Below, piece after piece: positions 40,210 to 53,680 of a DNA stretch of 64,000 nucleotides. The notes under the pieces were generated by a model. The model made no database searches, was not told where the DNA came from, and was given only the letters and a program-made list of their open reading frames with translations. The position numbers and the translations under genes are program-made. The first letter of the stretch is position 1. Each line of letters starts with the position of its first letter. Source of the DNA: Auanema rhodensis (lineage: Eukaryota > Animalia > Nematoda); the NCBI GenBank assembly GCA_964057225.1, contig OZ059897.1, positions 13,268,001-13,332,000 on the forward strand. Reading direction: 5' to 3'.

Positions 40210-43200
40210 CTAATTCTGCGAACAAATTGTTCGGAGATCATCTACTATAGCTGTTATTAATTCTTGATTATCAGCTTTTCCATCGATGCTCACAGCATCT
40301 CCCTGTTAAACGCACCATGATTTATTTTTTGAGAGATAAAAACTCACTTTCTTTTTTACAAGAACACAGACTGATTCACCAGACATAGCAATTGCATATA
40401 ATGAAGCGGCTGCGGCAACTTCTTCGACAACTATAAAACCGTAAAATAAAAAATTAAGATATACCAAAACATACCAGATAAATGTCCTAATGTAGTTATA
40501 CGAGCAATCAACGATTTGAATGATAGATTAGACTGGAATTGAGCTGATGAAGAAAAGTCGAGATCTTCTCCAGAAAGTAAATTAGAGTATTCTTCTCTGA
40601 AATCAAACGTTTTAGTTTTTATTTTCTTAATTTATATTTTACTTGCTAATGGGGGAACTAATAACAAAGGTTGTACTACGTAGTGGTAATCGGAAATCCA
40701 ACTTTTCGTTTACTACAGTATCGGTACCCTGAAATCGAGAAATGTAAAGCAATAAGGACAAGAAAAATTTACCGAAAAATATGCTATTGAACCGCGTAGT
40801 TGCTGAGATACATTAGTAGTATAAATTTTGAAAAACAAATCTAAATTTCTCTCTTCGTTTGGTTTTAACAATCCAGTTAAAGAGGGCGAATTCTGAAACA
40901 ATGTTTGATTAACAATTATGAAAAATAAATCTCTTACATCATTTTGCTTTTGAAGCATGATATTCAAGGAGTCAATACAATTAACTTCAATGTCCTTAAG
41001 TTCACCGTTTCCAACATTTTTGAAACAGAAATTAACTCTGAGGAGATTTGGCAAATCCTTCGAAACTGAAGTTTCGAAATCAACTTGTAGATCTCCGTTT
41101 CCAGCTAGACGGGTACAAATGGGCATATCCTGATCTGATCCAGCCCGTGGTGAGCTTCCTCTTTCAGCATTAGGGTTCGTGGGCGTGCAAACGCCTGATG
41201 CTTCCTTAACATTTCAGACTGTTTACATAGAGAATGAGTACAATATACCTCATATGCATCTCTTGAAGGCTTAGTGCCCTTCTTCTTCTTTTTAGTTTTC
41301 TTTTCAACCTTCAGCGAATCAACAGCTTCTTCAATTAAATCCTGATTCAAAGCTTCGAGCCAGTCATCCGGTTTGCCTACATTTGCCGTGGTTACTACAT
41401 CAGCTGCTTTTTTCGTTTTCTTTTTCTTTTCCGATGTTCTAAATGCACGAGAATATATCACAAAAGTATTCAAATAATAATACCCTTCATCTTTTTTTTT
41501 CTTCTTCTTCATAGACTTAGGTTTGTCTTTAGTTTTCAATTCAGCAAACGGACTGTTGTAACTTTCAGCATTAATTGTAGGAGGTCGGGGAACTAATGGT
41601 CCCTAAAAAATTAAAATAAAGAAAAATTATCAAATAATATATAATGAACAGACCAGTGATCTTGTAGCAGGATGAATTCTCGTATACGCTTGAGGGCCAC
41701 GAAGGACCTCATCAGATCTCAATGGTTCATCTAAGTCCATATCCAAAGCACGGAATTCATCAGTCAGATCTTTTCCACTTCTTCTTTGCTCATCACATTC
41801 ATCATCTGTTGATTTTGCACCCTCTGGCATTTCTCCATCGGCTCTATTAACCTTAAAGCAAATGCTTTAGAAACAAATGTTTGATCTTCAGTGTATACCT
41901 TATGAACCACAACAACTTCTTCATCGCTAGAAGAACTAACATGCTTCTTCTTTCCTTTCTTTCCCTTCTTTTTGATTTTCTTTCCTTCTTTTGCTTTTTT
42001 CCATGTTAATGTGGAATCTTGTTGTTCGAGGTAACGAGAAAGACCAACAACACCGGGAATTTCTAAGGGACTTTGAATATCAATCTTTTCAGCAGCAGCA
42101 CTGCTTTCAAACGTATTAAACTTAGTTGGTCTCTTCGGCACGGTAGCATTACCCTTGAATTTTAAGATGATATTTGTATTCTAGTTGGTTATATACCTTG
42201 ACGTAATACGGGTTATTTTCAATTTCTGCTTCACGTTGTTTTCTTTTAGCTGCTTTCTGTTCTTCAGTAAGCTCTTCAGTAGCTCCATTTTTCTTCGATT
42301 TTTTCTTTGGTTTAACAACCGTAGTCTCTTCATTATCACTATCATACTTAGGACTACTACCGAAAGTAGTGAATTCTGATCTAAGACGAGGACCCGGCTG
42401 AAAAAAAAATAATTTTTTTAAAAAAAGTTCAAAGAAAGCTCACTTGTCCAAATGTCGCTTCAATCTCACTATCTTCACTCATATCTTTGTCACTGTCCTC
42501 CCAAGGGTCATTCATCCAATTGTTTAAATCCAGACCATCAGGAACAGGAACCTTCCTCTGAGCTTTAGCAGCAACAGGATTGAGTTCACCATCATATAAT
42601 AATGCAACTTCATTGCTAATTTTCTCTCTTTTCCGATGAATTGATTCAACAACTCGTACAAGACAAATAAGAGTGCAAGCCTAGAGAAACCATAATAACT
42701 GAAACAGTAAAATTCTGAAACATACTCTTTCTTGAGCTTCTAGATGTTCCGCCAATTCGAATTCAGGTAGTTTCGAGAGCATTAAATTATCTAATGAATC
42801 AATTGAGTCCCAGTCGTCATCTTCTTCCGCCTTTGATAATAAAGCGCTGTATAGCTTTCCAATATTTTGCACATAAACAGAGAGAATATGTCCTGGCATT
42901 ACAGAAGTTTTGGCACGAAGCATGGATTCCAAAACAGTAGGAATATTGCGAACATGTCTACAAAAGACAAATATGAAAAGAGAACTTAAATAGTAAAACA
43001 TACTGGCTGTACTCTCCACAAATCCAAGCAGCAGCCAAAAGAACCTCGCAAATATTACTTCTTTGTTGAGCACTACCAGCGAGTAGAATATGAGCATTTT
43101 CAACCTAATTTACAAAAATATTAGGACTAACTACAATTATACAAAAATTACCAGTAAAGCCATTTGAGAAACAGAAAAGTGGCGAATAGATTCAACACGA

Positions 43201-45093
43201 ACCGTAACATCTTGAATCTATAGAAATCACATATTTCATAACGTATGTATAAAAAAAACTTACTTGTTCAGCAATTTTTGCACCATGCTTAGTTCCTTCA
43301 ACTTTAGTTAGTTCAACAAGAACGGAGATATACCTGAATTATAAAAATAACACTAACTATTTGAAACGAGAAACTGTACCATTCAAAGTTTGTAATGTAC
43401 TGATAATTATTATAGCTACATATTCCAATAATACGACTAAGCAACTCATCCCGATAATATGATCCCTCAGCTAACTCTACGTGTTCCATCAATTTTCTAA
43501 CAATTTCCATGATATTTTTCTTGGATACCATGCCATAAAGTAAATCCAAAGCTCTACAATAAAATATGAATAAAAAAGCTAAAAATATAAATAGTTTACC
43601 TTAGTCGAATACTTTCGTCTTTATCATCAAGACATCTTAAGACTATATCTTTATGTGCTTGAACTGCCTTAGGATGAGTCTCAAGAATTTTGCCCATGGC
43701 TAGAAGCCCCAGATATTTTAAATTTTGATCAGAATCTTCTATTAGTACGCCTAATTTCTGAACACAAAGCTGAATGCTGGTTGTATGATCTCCTCCAGTG
43801 GAAGTAGAAATGCTAATGAGAACTGAAGTAATGAACAAAAAGAAAAATATGTCAACAAAAAGAAAACTAACCAGCAATTACAGTATTGATACATTCGTAT
43901 AACAAAGACATTGCAGAAGTACTGTAATATTTGGATAATAAAAGTATCAAAAATAATAATAATACCTATTAATGAGATTCGTTAGTGGCTCCAACAATTT
44001 TTTACCTAATCTAGGTTCAAGTGGTACCAATGCGCCGAACTATAAAGCAAACAAGACATAACACAAATTATGAGACTAAACAAACCAGTTTGATAATCTT
44101 AATGAGCATCCAATTATTACTAGAAGTTGTCATAAGCTTGAAAAAGACAGGGGCTAAGGTTAAATAATTCTTAGGATTTTTACGAGCCAGCTCGCAAATA
44201 ACATTAACAGCAGCACTTTGAACTCCTAAACTCCTTTCGTATTTGCTCATCGTATTTGAATATTTACCTGGATCAGGATCTTCTAATTTCTCTTTCAATC
44301 TTGGAAACGTTGGTCTCAAAGCTTCGGGATACTTCAAGAAAATTTTATACAGGAGCAGAACTGCTCGTTTTCTCGTGTAACTTCTCGAACATGATAGCTA
44401 TAAACAAAATAAATTAAAAACATTGATGCAATCAAGGATTAAAAAGTAATATAACTAATAACAAAACTAAAAGTAAAAACAAAAACACTTGTGAGAAACT
44501 GACCAGGTTAACAACATCAGCAGCAAGATCTCGGGCCAAATCTGGCGTAACAAAACAAGATAAACCGCCCAGCGCTACTCCAGAATCGTACATATTTGGA
44601 CTATATTACATAATTTGTTTTTTTAAACTAACAAATTCTAACCTATTCAAATCTTTTCGAATAAGATTTGTTGTAAGCATTAATACTTCAGTCCCATCAT
44701 GAAAACTTTGGGCGGCAGCCAAGTATCCTATTCTTTTTTCAGTGTACTTAGTTGAGGCCATAACTTCAATGATGTTGAAGGAAGCCCATGATATATCATA
44801 CCCAAGCATTTGTAACTGAAATTAAATTTCAAATACAAAAACTTATAAGTTGCTCATACATATGCAAGTTTTTCAATGGCATTTGCTTTTACATAAGTTG
44901 GATCTTGCCGTAACTCTTGCTTAATTTCTTCAATACAAGCAGCAATGTAACGCGCCTGGAAAACAAAATCAATACAATGTATCAATAGTGGACAAACCTC
45001 ATTTTCTTTATTATTTCTGATTCCTCGTATCAAGTCTGTTAAGCTTTTATCAAAGAGACGATCGAGGTTGCTGCGCACTTTGCGCAGTGCCAT
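40210..45093 (-). CDS. apd-3: AP-3 adaptor complex delta subunit, multi-exon
   Basis: MALRKVRSNLDRLFDKSLTDLIRGIRNNKENE, KRIGYLAAAQSF, LEDPDPGVQSAAVNVICELARKNPKNYL, DSDQNLKYLGLLAM, DKDESIRLR, GELNPVAAKAQRKVPVPDGLDL, then a Lys-rich hinge and ear domain; stop at 40210-40212. Confidence 0.96.
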
Positions 45094-46286
45094 ATCCTCG
45101 AACCTAAAAAATAAACAAATTTAAATAGAAGATAAAAGACGTTTATATATTGTAAGAAGAATCTGGCGCTTTTGCACTTTAAAGAGATGGACATCAGAAC
45201 TGGAAGCCAGAAGAAGCCATAGACGTGCTTGCATGACAAATGAACCCCTGCTTTCCAATATCGACATAAATGGGATACGGGTCAGGATTATTGATTGGCG
45301 CCTTTGGCGTGCTTGAGTATACACTAAGTAGAAGCAGCTGGTCCTTGGCAGTTGAAAAGCTCTTGATTTCTCATGACAAGTATTTAATAATACTATGTTT
45401 TGATATGCTTTTCAGACACAGAGGTGATTGTTAATTAAATTCCGTTTGATATTCAAGCATACATGTTCAGAATACAAAGTTTCAAGATAAAAATGAATAT
45501 AGTAACGAAAATTGAAAATAAATTAAAAAAAACAATAAATAACATTAAGATTAACTTTAATTTTTTTCTGTAAAATAGACGAACATGTTCAAACACTAAT
45601 AAGAACGTTTCTACTAAGACTTATTCAGTTATCAATTTTTTCCGCTTACGATATGGATAGGAATACACGTTCGTCACTTATCAAAGTTCAAAGAAAATTG
45701 AATAAAAATATGTTCTTACACTGCAAATCCAGCCTCATAGATTGAGAATAAAGATTTAAATGTTCTAATAGGTTCACTTTTTCGGGATTCTTGAAATGTC
45801 ATATGCTGTTGATATAATGAATCTGGAAATGCAATAGCTTTTTTGCTTATAACTATTCCATAGAACATGATGCTTCAGTATATGCAGTTAAGTAATGAAA
45901 AAAATAAGAAAAAGTTCAAAAATAAGTTGGTTATGCTATCGCTTTCCACGACCTTTCATAGACTGATCTGGTGTTATCTAATCGACATAAGTCAAATTGA
46001 TTGTTTAATTTTTTCCATATTGAGACTAGTTAGAACATATTTCACTAATTCAAAAATTTGTTTTAAAAAGTTCGTCTAATTTTTTTTCTAAAAATTTGAG
46101 TTTCAGGCTTTTTTTGGGAATAGATAAGCAAAATAATGAATAAGATCAAAAAGAAGCAAGATAAAACAAATAAGGCCTATGTAAAGATTATAGAAAGTCA
46201 TTAAATAATCGATTTATAATTTTCTCAATACTAATGTAACATTCATTGTGTTGATATGCTATCAGTTAAACCATAAGAGGTCTATT

Positions 46287-48465
46287 ATGCGGCTGGTGGT
46301 AACCGTTTATATACTATGCATTTTTCATAGTGCTTATTCAGTATTAACAGAAAATATACAACTTTCAGTATATCATCATGATGCTGGTTCGTCTTATATA
46401 TTCATATTTTTGTTTTTTAAAAAAAATATAATGTTTCAGATGAATTATTGTTAAAATCTATCACTAAAATTAGTAAACGTATCAATGCTGACAACCGTTT
46501 ATTAAATGTTATTACTTCCAATCACAACTGTGCTCAAGAGAATGAAAAACTTTGTTCAGAACCTGAAAAAAATGAGCTTGTTTTAGTTATTTCAACGTAA
46601 AACACATGTTATACAGACAATCAATACGTGATATCTATAATTCTAGAGAAAATTTGAATGTGAACCATGTTGCCATGCTGGATCAAACAGCAGTGAAAGA
46701 ATCTGAAGTTATTGTCCAAAGGTTAGAAGATGATTCATATTTGAAATTAATTATTAACAAATATTATTATTCTCCTGACTTTCAGAGCTTTTGCTGATTT
46801 CTTTACAAAAATATTCATTAAACAAGCTGAATCTGTAGAAGCATTGAAGAATAAAGACGAAATAGGTATCAGATAATTTATGGTAAAGTTGAAAAATTAT
46901 TTTATAGCAAAACTATGGAATGATTTCGAAGAAACAAAACTTTCAAAAAATTCTAAAGAACTTCAACTTAAATCTGATGATGATCTTAAAGCTTTAATAG
47001 ACAAGCATAAAGATGATAAAGTATATTTTGTTTTATATTATACTCGTGGTAATCATTTATAATTATTTTTCATATATTTATCTTTTCAATTTTAAGACAA
47101 CTTGGAAAACTTAATGCTATTGACCTACTCTTTGAAAATGAGCTCCGCATCTAAAAGAAAGGTTTTATATTTGTAATTACTGTATTTTATGTTTTTAACT
47201 TAATTATTTAAAAGTTGGCCATTGTTAACTGTGAAGTGACACCGAATATCTGCAAATCTTCAACTCCAGTTTTAGCTTCATACAAAGATATTGACGAATA
47301 TCAAACGTATGATGGAAAACTTGACTATTCAAGCATTTCTGATTGGAGTCAAAAGTAAGCTGTTTGTTTTTGTCTGTTTTCTAATAAGATTTATTTTGAG
47401 ATTAGCAAATCCTGTACTTTCTGTTTTAAATTCTGATGTTGTACCAATGTATCGCTCTGGAATAGTACCAGGTATATCAACAATACCATTCACTTTTATG
47501 GTGTATTAGTATATTAAGGATTCGAAAATGTTCAAGATACTGTACATATGTTATTTGCATCCTCAAAAAAACATAAAATATATAAAGATTATTTGGATTT
47601 TGCTAAGAAAACTCATGGAAAATATCATCTTACTGCGGTTGTTGAGGATGGAATAGCACAGTGGTGTGTTAATCAATTAGGGTTTTTGCACATATTCATA
47701 GTTTTACAGGCCTAATCAACCAGCATTTATCACTATGAAACCATTAGAAACTATTTCTAAAGCTTTTGTTATGTTTAAAGACATAACATATGATTCAATG
47801 GTTAACTATATTTCGACTAGTATTCATCCTTCTGTGGTAAAGTGATATAGAATTCTTAAAACTGAAAATATTTTCAGCATGATCTTAGCTCTGCTGATGC
47901 TTTATTAACAGCTTTATCTTTAGAAAGACCTTTAACCATTTTCTTTGATTATAATAACTTGAAAGAAGATAAACAGTTTGCAACATTAGCTAGTGAACAT
48001 CCAATTCGCCAGAATACTACAGAATTTGCTAGGATCAAAGGGTTGAGAGATTACCAAATAAAATTGAACCAAACTATTTCCAGAGCAAACGTTTTCGGAA
48101 AATATTTCTTGGATAATATTGATAAAAAAAGCTTTAAATCATCTTACATACTTTTAAATAAAGATAGAGTAAGTTCAGCTAATTATAAAAAAATATACAA
48201 AAAGTTAAATTAATTACAGACTTGTGTTTATACTAAGCCAATAGCTAAAGAAAACAGAGATGAAATTTTACATTGGATTACATCATCATTGAACAAACCC
48301 TGTGAACGAGGTCTAGATCCCAAAACGAGTCAGTTACATAATCTTCCTATTTTAGAAATTCGGTTAAACATAGAAGAAATCATTAATTTATCTCAATGGG
48401 ACCGGTATTTGATGTTAAAAGATGTACTTAAGGAAGAAATAAAACAGGCACATGATGAACTTTAA
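46287..48465 (+). CDS. ER-lumenal redox-inactive thioredoxin-fold protein (PDI family, TXNDC16-like), multi-exon
   Basis: Signal peptide MRLVVTVYILCIFHSAYS; Trx-like segments VYFVLYY, LAIVNCEVTPNIC and YDGKLDYSSISDW; no CxxC seen; ends KQAHDEL* (48451-48465); AATAAA at ~48478. Confidence 0.8.
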
Positions 48466-48841
48466 GATATTTTTTCAAATAAATAAATAATTTTTAAAAT
48501 ATGTCTAGAGCATGAACTTAAAGAAATAAAGAACAATATGATATTATTTTTGATTAAAGAGATTAAAGACCAAATTTAGAAATCAGAGTATATCCGGCGG
48601 AAATGATTACTTCTATTTAGTTCGATATCACGTTGACATCCGTAGTTTGAACTCCTGTATGATACTAGTATGTAGATCATTGGATAAAAGAAAACATTAT
48701 TTGAATCTCATATTAGCCCGCTTTTCCCTTCTTCTGTCAACAAATTCTTATCTTTTCTAATCATTACCTTTCATATATCAAGTTGTATATGCTTAAGAAG
48801 TGTTTTTCTAACAATTAATTTACATGAATATATATCTTAAG

Positions 48842-51051
48842 ATGAAGTTGTGGGTGTTTCTTTCGTTAATAGCCATTATATGTGCTGCTCCAATTGTTTC
48901 TCCACCTGACGAAGAATTTGACATAATTTCTTCCCAACCTGTAGCTGAAGTCAGATCTTTGGATACTGAAGACAAAATTGATGTTCCTTCTAAACAATCT
49001 GAGAATAATGAAGAAGATGAGTTAGATCCCATACCAACAGATAGTACTGAAACTATACTGAAGACTACTATTACTAATCCAAAAATCTTAAAACACGTGA
49101 GTTTTGAGAAAATTTAAAGTAATTTTGATAGTTTTTTTAGGAGTGGAAGTGTCCCGAACATGTCCCTTGCTATCTATCTTCTAGAGGATGTAATGAGGAT
49201 TGCGAAGCCGGAATAGCGGTAAATTAATAATAATTGTATTCTTTCATGATAGTTTCGTTCAGATGAATCCTATTGGCAGTGAAATAACAGAATTTAATAT
49301 TTTCTTCAATGGTCCTAAAGTAGACAAAGAATCTGCTATTGCGATTGAATACGATGTAAGTCTTGAAATCCGGACTTTTGGAAATTAAGATTTTATCTTG
49401 AATTCTTATCTTTTTAGAATGATGGCACTCCTCAGAATTTTGTCTGTACCCCAGCTATGAAGACAGTTGAAATTTCCGGAGATGTATCTAATGTGAGAAA
49501 ATAAAGTAAAGAAATCTAAAGAAGTAATTTCAGAACGATAATCCAAAGATTACCTTTATCTCTGCACAAGAATCTTCAAACTTTATTTCTTGTAAATTTA
49601 CTGCTCCAGTTTTTCCTAAATTTGAAAAAGCTGATGAAAAGATTAAGATCAAATTTGGAAGCTTCCAAGGTTAACTAATTAACTTGATTTAAAGTTTATA
49701 ATATGCTTCGAATTTATAGGAAAATCTTTAAAAATTTCGGATAACCATGTTGTACAAAAGCGTCAATCGTTTGTTGGAGGAAGATTTGAAAATATGGAAG
49801 GAGATGCTGCATCCATGCTGGTAAATTATTTCGTAAAATTTATTTATTAATTTTTTATTTTAGTTTGTCCAGAAAGCTGAAGCTAAAATTCTACAAAAGA
49901 TCAAGTTAGTTGGAACAAGAGTAAGTTAGATCCACTTTCTATTAAATCCATTTGTGTCTTAAGCAAGCTGAGGATATTGAGAAGCTTATTAACAAATCTG
50001 ACGAAGAGTTGCATGAACTCAAATTAAGAATAGTACGTGAAATGGAACAAAACGTTTATAATTTTATTTATTTTAAAGAGAAAACAGATTGAAGACTTAA
50101 AGAAGGCTGCTGAGGAAAAGAAGAAGAAGGCTGAAGAAGACGAGAAGAAAAAACTCGAGGAAGCTGAGAAGAAGGAAGAAGAAAAGAAGAAGGAAGAAGA
50201 AAAGAAAAAGGCTGAAGCTGAGAAGAAGGCTAAAGCTGAGAAGAAGGCTGAAGCTGAGAAGAAGTCTAAGGCTGAGAAGAAGGCTGAAGATGAGGAAGAG
50301 AAAAGAGACAAGTCTAAATATGAGAAGAAAGATAAAGTGACAAAGAAATCACAAATAAAAGAGGATGAAGAAGAAGATGAAGAAGAAGAGCCTATTAAAG
50401 AAAAAGTTAAAGATTTGGAAACAGATGAAGATGAAGTTAAAATGAGAGCTATGCCTGACGATGAAGATGATGAAGATGACGAAGACGAGGAACACACTGA
50501 CAGGACAAATAAAAAAGCTAAAGAGCTTAAGCTCTTTGAAGAATTGGCCAAAAAGAAAGCAGCCTTTTCCGAGGATGAAGATGACAAGCAAGTTGGAAGA
50601 ATGAATATTCAAGATATTCTTGACAAGAAAACAAAGGTAAAGTTCCTGCTTGATCAAAATTGTAACAAAGTAATCTTTCAAGGATTCCAAAAACCAAAAA
50701 ATTGGCAAGAAAGCATCTAAAAAGATGGAAGATGAAGAGGAGGATGATGATGATGATGTAGAAGATGAGGATGAAAAAGAAAATAGCAAAAATAAGAAGT
50801 AAGAATATATTTTAAATAGAATTTCATTATATGCTTGTAGAACTTCATCCAAATCTAGAAAAACTTCTGGAAAAAACAAAAAGGTTTCTGAGGAGTACGT
50901 TAACGTTATTTCAAAATTTTAAATATTCCTTTGGTATTACAGAGAAGATGCTGAAAGAAATGAAGATTCTCTTTTCATGGCTCCCGATAGTGCCACCACC
51001 TTCTCAGTATGGAGCTGTTTGGTAATCGCTTTCATCGGATATTTGATTTAA
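48842..51051 (+). CDS. Secreted, probably GPI-anchored protein with Cys-containing DOMON-like region and long Lys/Glu/Asp-rich stalk, 12 exons
   Basis: Signal peptide MKLWVFLSLIAIICA; EWKCPEHVPCYLSSRGCNEDC...FVC...FISCKF; QKR dibasic site; AEKKA/KKEEE repeats and acidic runs (50079-50800); hydrophobic C-terminus SATTFSVWSCLVIAFIGYLI*. All exon phases are compatible. The DOMON assignment is tentative. Confidence 0.8.
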
Positions 51052-52812
51052 CATTTTTTTTTCATTGCTTTTTGACATTAATTTTGCATGTGAAAATAGT
51101 ACTATTCATACAATTCAATCATATAATTTTTCCTTTTTACTCATAATAAACATAATTTTCTCACATTTGAGCTGAATTATAAAGCTTAGTTTGTGAAAAT
51201 AGTTTGCTATATCTGGGGCATAGTAATGTAAAGGCTCAACAGTTTGGGATGTTTTACGGTCTTCGTCTTTTATCTATTCTTAGTATCTAATTGACGGGTA
51301 AATACATTTCAAATTTTATTCTTCTTTCTGTTCAACATGCCTGTAGTAGAACATTTGCTGTATTTGTGATGGGTCTTGGAAGTTTCTTTGCAAGTTTTCT
51401 CGTTTTGGCTTTCTGTACCATCTGAAGTGACAGAAATCTTCTTTAGGCCGAAAGGTGTTGTCGGATGTTCTTTAAGATTGCAAAAGCTTCAAGAAGCTTT
51501 TATGGGAATCGTTTAGGAAATGTTGGCGACGTTTTTTTAACTGAAGATTTCGAAGAAACTGACAATTTGAAGAAAGATATGGATATGAGATACGACTACA
51601 TGCGGATCTTCTCGTTTTCTCAAAGTTTCGCTATAGTTAAGTGACTGCTATTTCCTTTAATACATGTTCTATAACGATATCTCACCTAAAAGACATGAAG
51701 ATGGATTATCTTCTCTTTAACAAGCAAAATTCTTTAACGATTAGGTCATCAGTATGAGTCAATCTTACCAACTTTTCTTTCGTAAAACATGGAGTAAACA
51801 CTCTGTACAAATAGCTCTATCACATTAAAATATTTATAAAATGTGAAGATTCTTCTTCTGTGTACGCATGTGTTCTATCTCAAATAGATTAGATTAAGCT
51901 CGATAAGCTAGCTAGTTAGCAAACTTTCAGTTCTAATGCTAATTAAGGATAATCTATTGGATTTGAGAAATCAGAGAACATATGTTTAAATGGCGAACAA
52001 AGGTTTTATTGAAAAAACTTCTTGAGAATCAATGTTAATAGTATGCAGGCGTTTTGCAATCAAAACATGGTTTAGGAGTACCAGTCTCTGATCCAAATTC
52101 TTCTTTAGTCCAGTAGTGATAGTTTGCTTTGAAGTATTTGATTGGCGCTCTTTGAACTATTTTTTTTTGTTATTGAAATGAAAGTGAAGAATTTGTATAG
52201 CAAAAAACATAAAACATGCATTACTTCCGTAAAAGAAAAAAAAACAATCGTGGTTATCCAGTTATCTTACAAACAGTAATGAATTTAATAGCTACAATTT
52301 AGTATAGTATTTTCAATAAGTTCTAGCTTTTTAAAACCGTATAACACTTCTGTTTTCTGATTTTGAATTTTGAAACGAGATTTTTGTCGTCACTTCTGGA
52401 ATATTATTCATAGGGTTTAAGATCTGGCTGAAGATTTCATATGAAATCTAAGTTAACGGTAACTTATCGTGATGATCGAACTTGAATCCCACAGATTTAA
52501 TTAGTAATCAAAGCAACTTTTTGTTTTCCAAGATTGAAGATAAAACTGGAAAATATACAAAACGATCTTAATATGAAAGGTTGATTAGTTTTATCTGACT
52601 TTAAATAATTTATTAATGTTTTATTGTTTGGGATCTAGGCTTTTATCTGCTCAAATTGGCATTCCATATCTTTTTAGAACTTCGTTTTCTGTTTGAATGA
52701 TGAAGCTTGATGGTCACTTCCTTGAAAAAAAAACGCAAAAAGGCGTGGCTTGAGGATCTACCGGTGATGAAGATGGTTCTGGATTACATGAAGGAGGACC
52801 AGGCTATTGGAC

Positions 52813-52820
52813 TATATAAA
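52813..52820 (+). promoter_or_regulatory. TATA box candidate upstream of the proteoglycan gene
   Basis: TATATAAA after a GC-richer stretch, about 870 bp before the ATG, which is preceded by TTTTCAG (53664-53670). Confidence 0.3.
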
Positions 52821-53680
52821 GCTCAGTTTTCTGGATACAAGTCTACAGACTTCTAATGTCATAGTTTGAACCAGTCCTTTGACAAATGTTATTCACTTCT
52901 AATAGAACCATTATTTTTTTAATTTTCTTGTTATTTACTTTTTTTATTACAATTTTGATTCAAATCATTACAGTGTTTGAGTAATTTCTAAAAGTATATA
53001 AGCAAATAGAAAACAGTACAAGTAAAGAACATTTTGAAAAAAATTGTTTCTCAAATTTCATTTTTTTTTGCTTAAACTATTACATGTTTAGTAACTGATC
53101 ATTATTATTCAATGAAAAAATGAGAATTTGTCTGATTTGATAAGTCATCTATTCTTTCTTTACATCCTCCTGTCTCTCACTCTCTTGTCCTTTCTTGATT
53201 TCTTTTCCATTTTCTCATATCACTTTCATTTATGCTATATAAAAAAATTTTCTGAGTTGCTTGATACACTGTAAACTATGCTGTGAAAATTGCTTGACAA
53301 ATCAACTTCCTTTTGTCGATTAGTGTCAGCTTCAGAGAAAAGTTGTTTATAATGCCATGTTTCAAGAATCTTCTACTTTTCTCTTGTTCTAAAGAAGTTT
53401 AATGAAATTAGCCGAACAATAAAAATGATATTTTACTCCCTTTTTCCTATTTTTCATCAGAGTTTTCATTTATCTTGTAGTAATTATTAAATATTCAATA
53501 CCTCTATGTATACCCGTTGTGAATATACCTGTTTGACTGAATGATGGATTCATATACACTTCATATATAAGTTCTTACAGTTTGTGATTATTTCTCAGAT
53601 TCTCGTAGATAATTCTTATTTCTAAATATTTCTCTCTTTAAGATTTTTTTATTTATTCGTGTATTTTCAGGTTTCTAATA

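Noticed and set aside
46576-46616. Apparent GC-AG or 20-nt intron in the HDEL gene
   Set aside because: A canonical 50-nt GT-AG intron (46597-46646) preserves the frame.
50024-50879. 187-aa and 176-aa minus-strand Ser/Phe-rich ORFs
   Set aside because: Antisense shadows of the Lys/Glu-rich exons.
51240-52100. Coding-like composition downstream of the GPI protein gene
   Set aside because: Only short open frames; no consistent exon chain or motif found.
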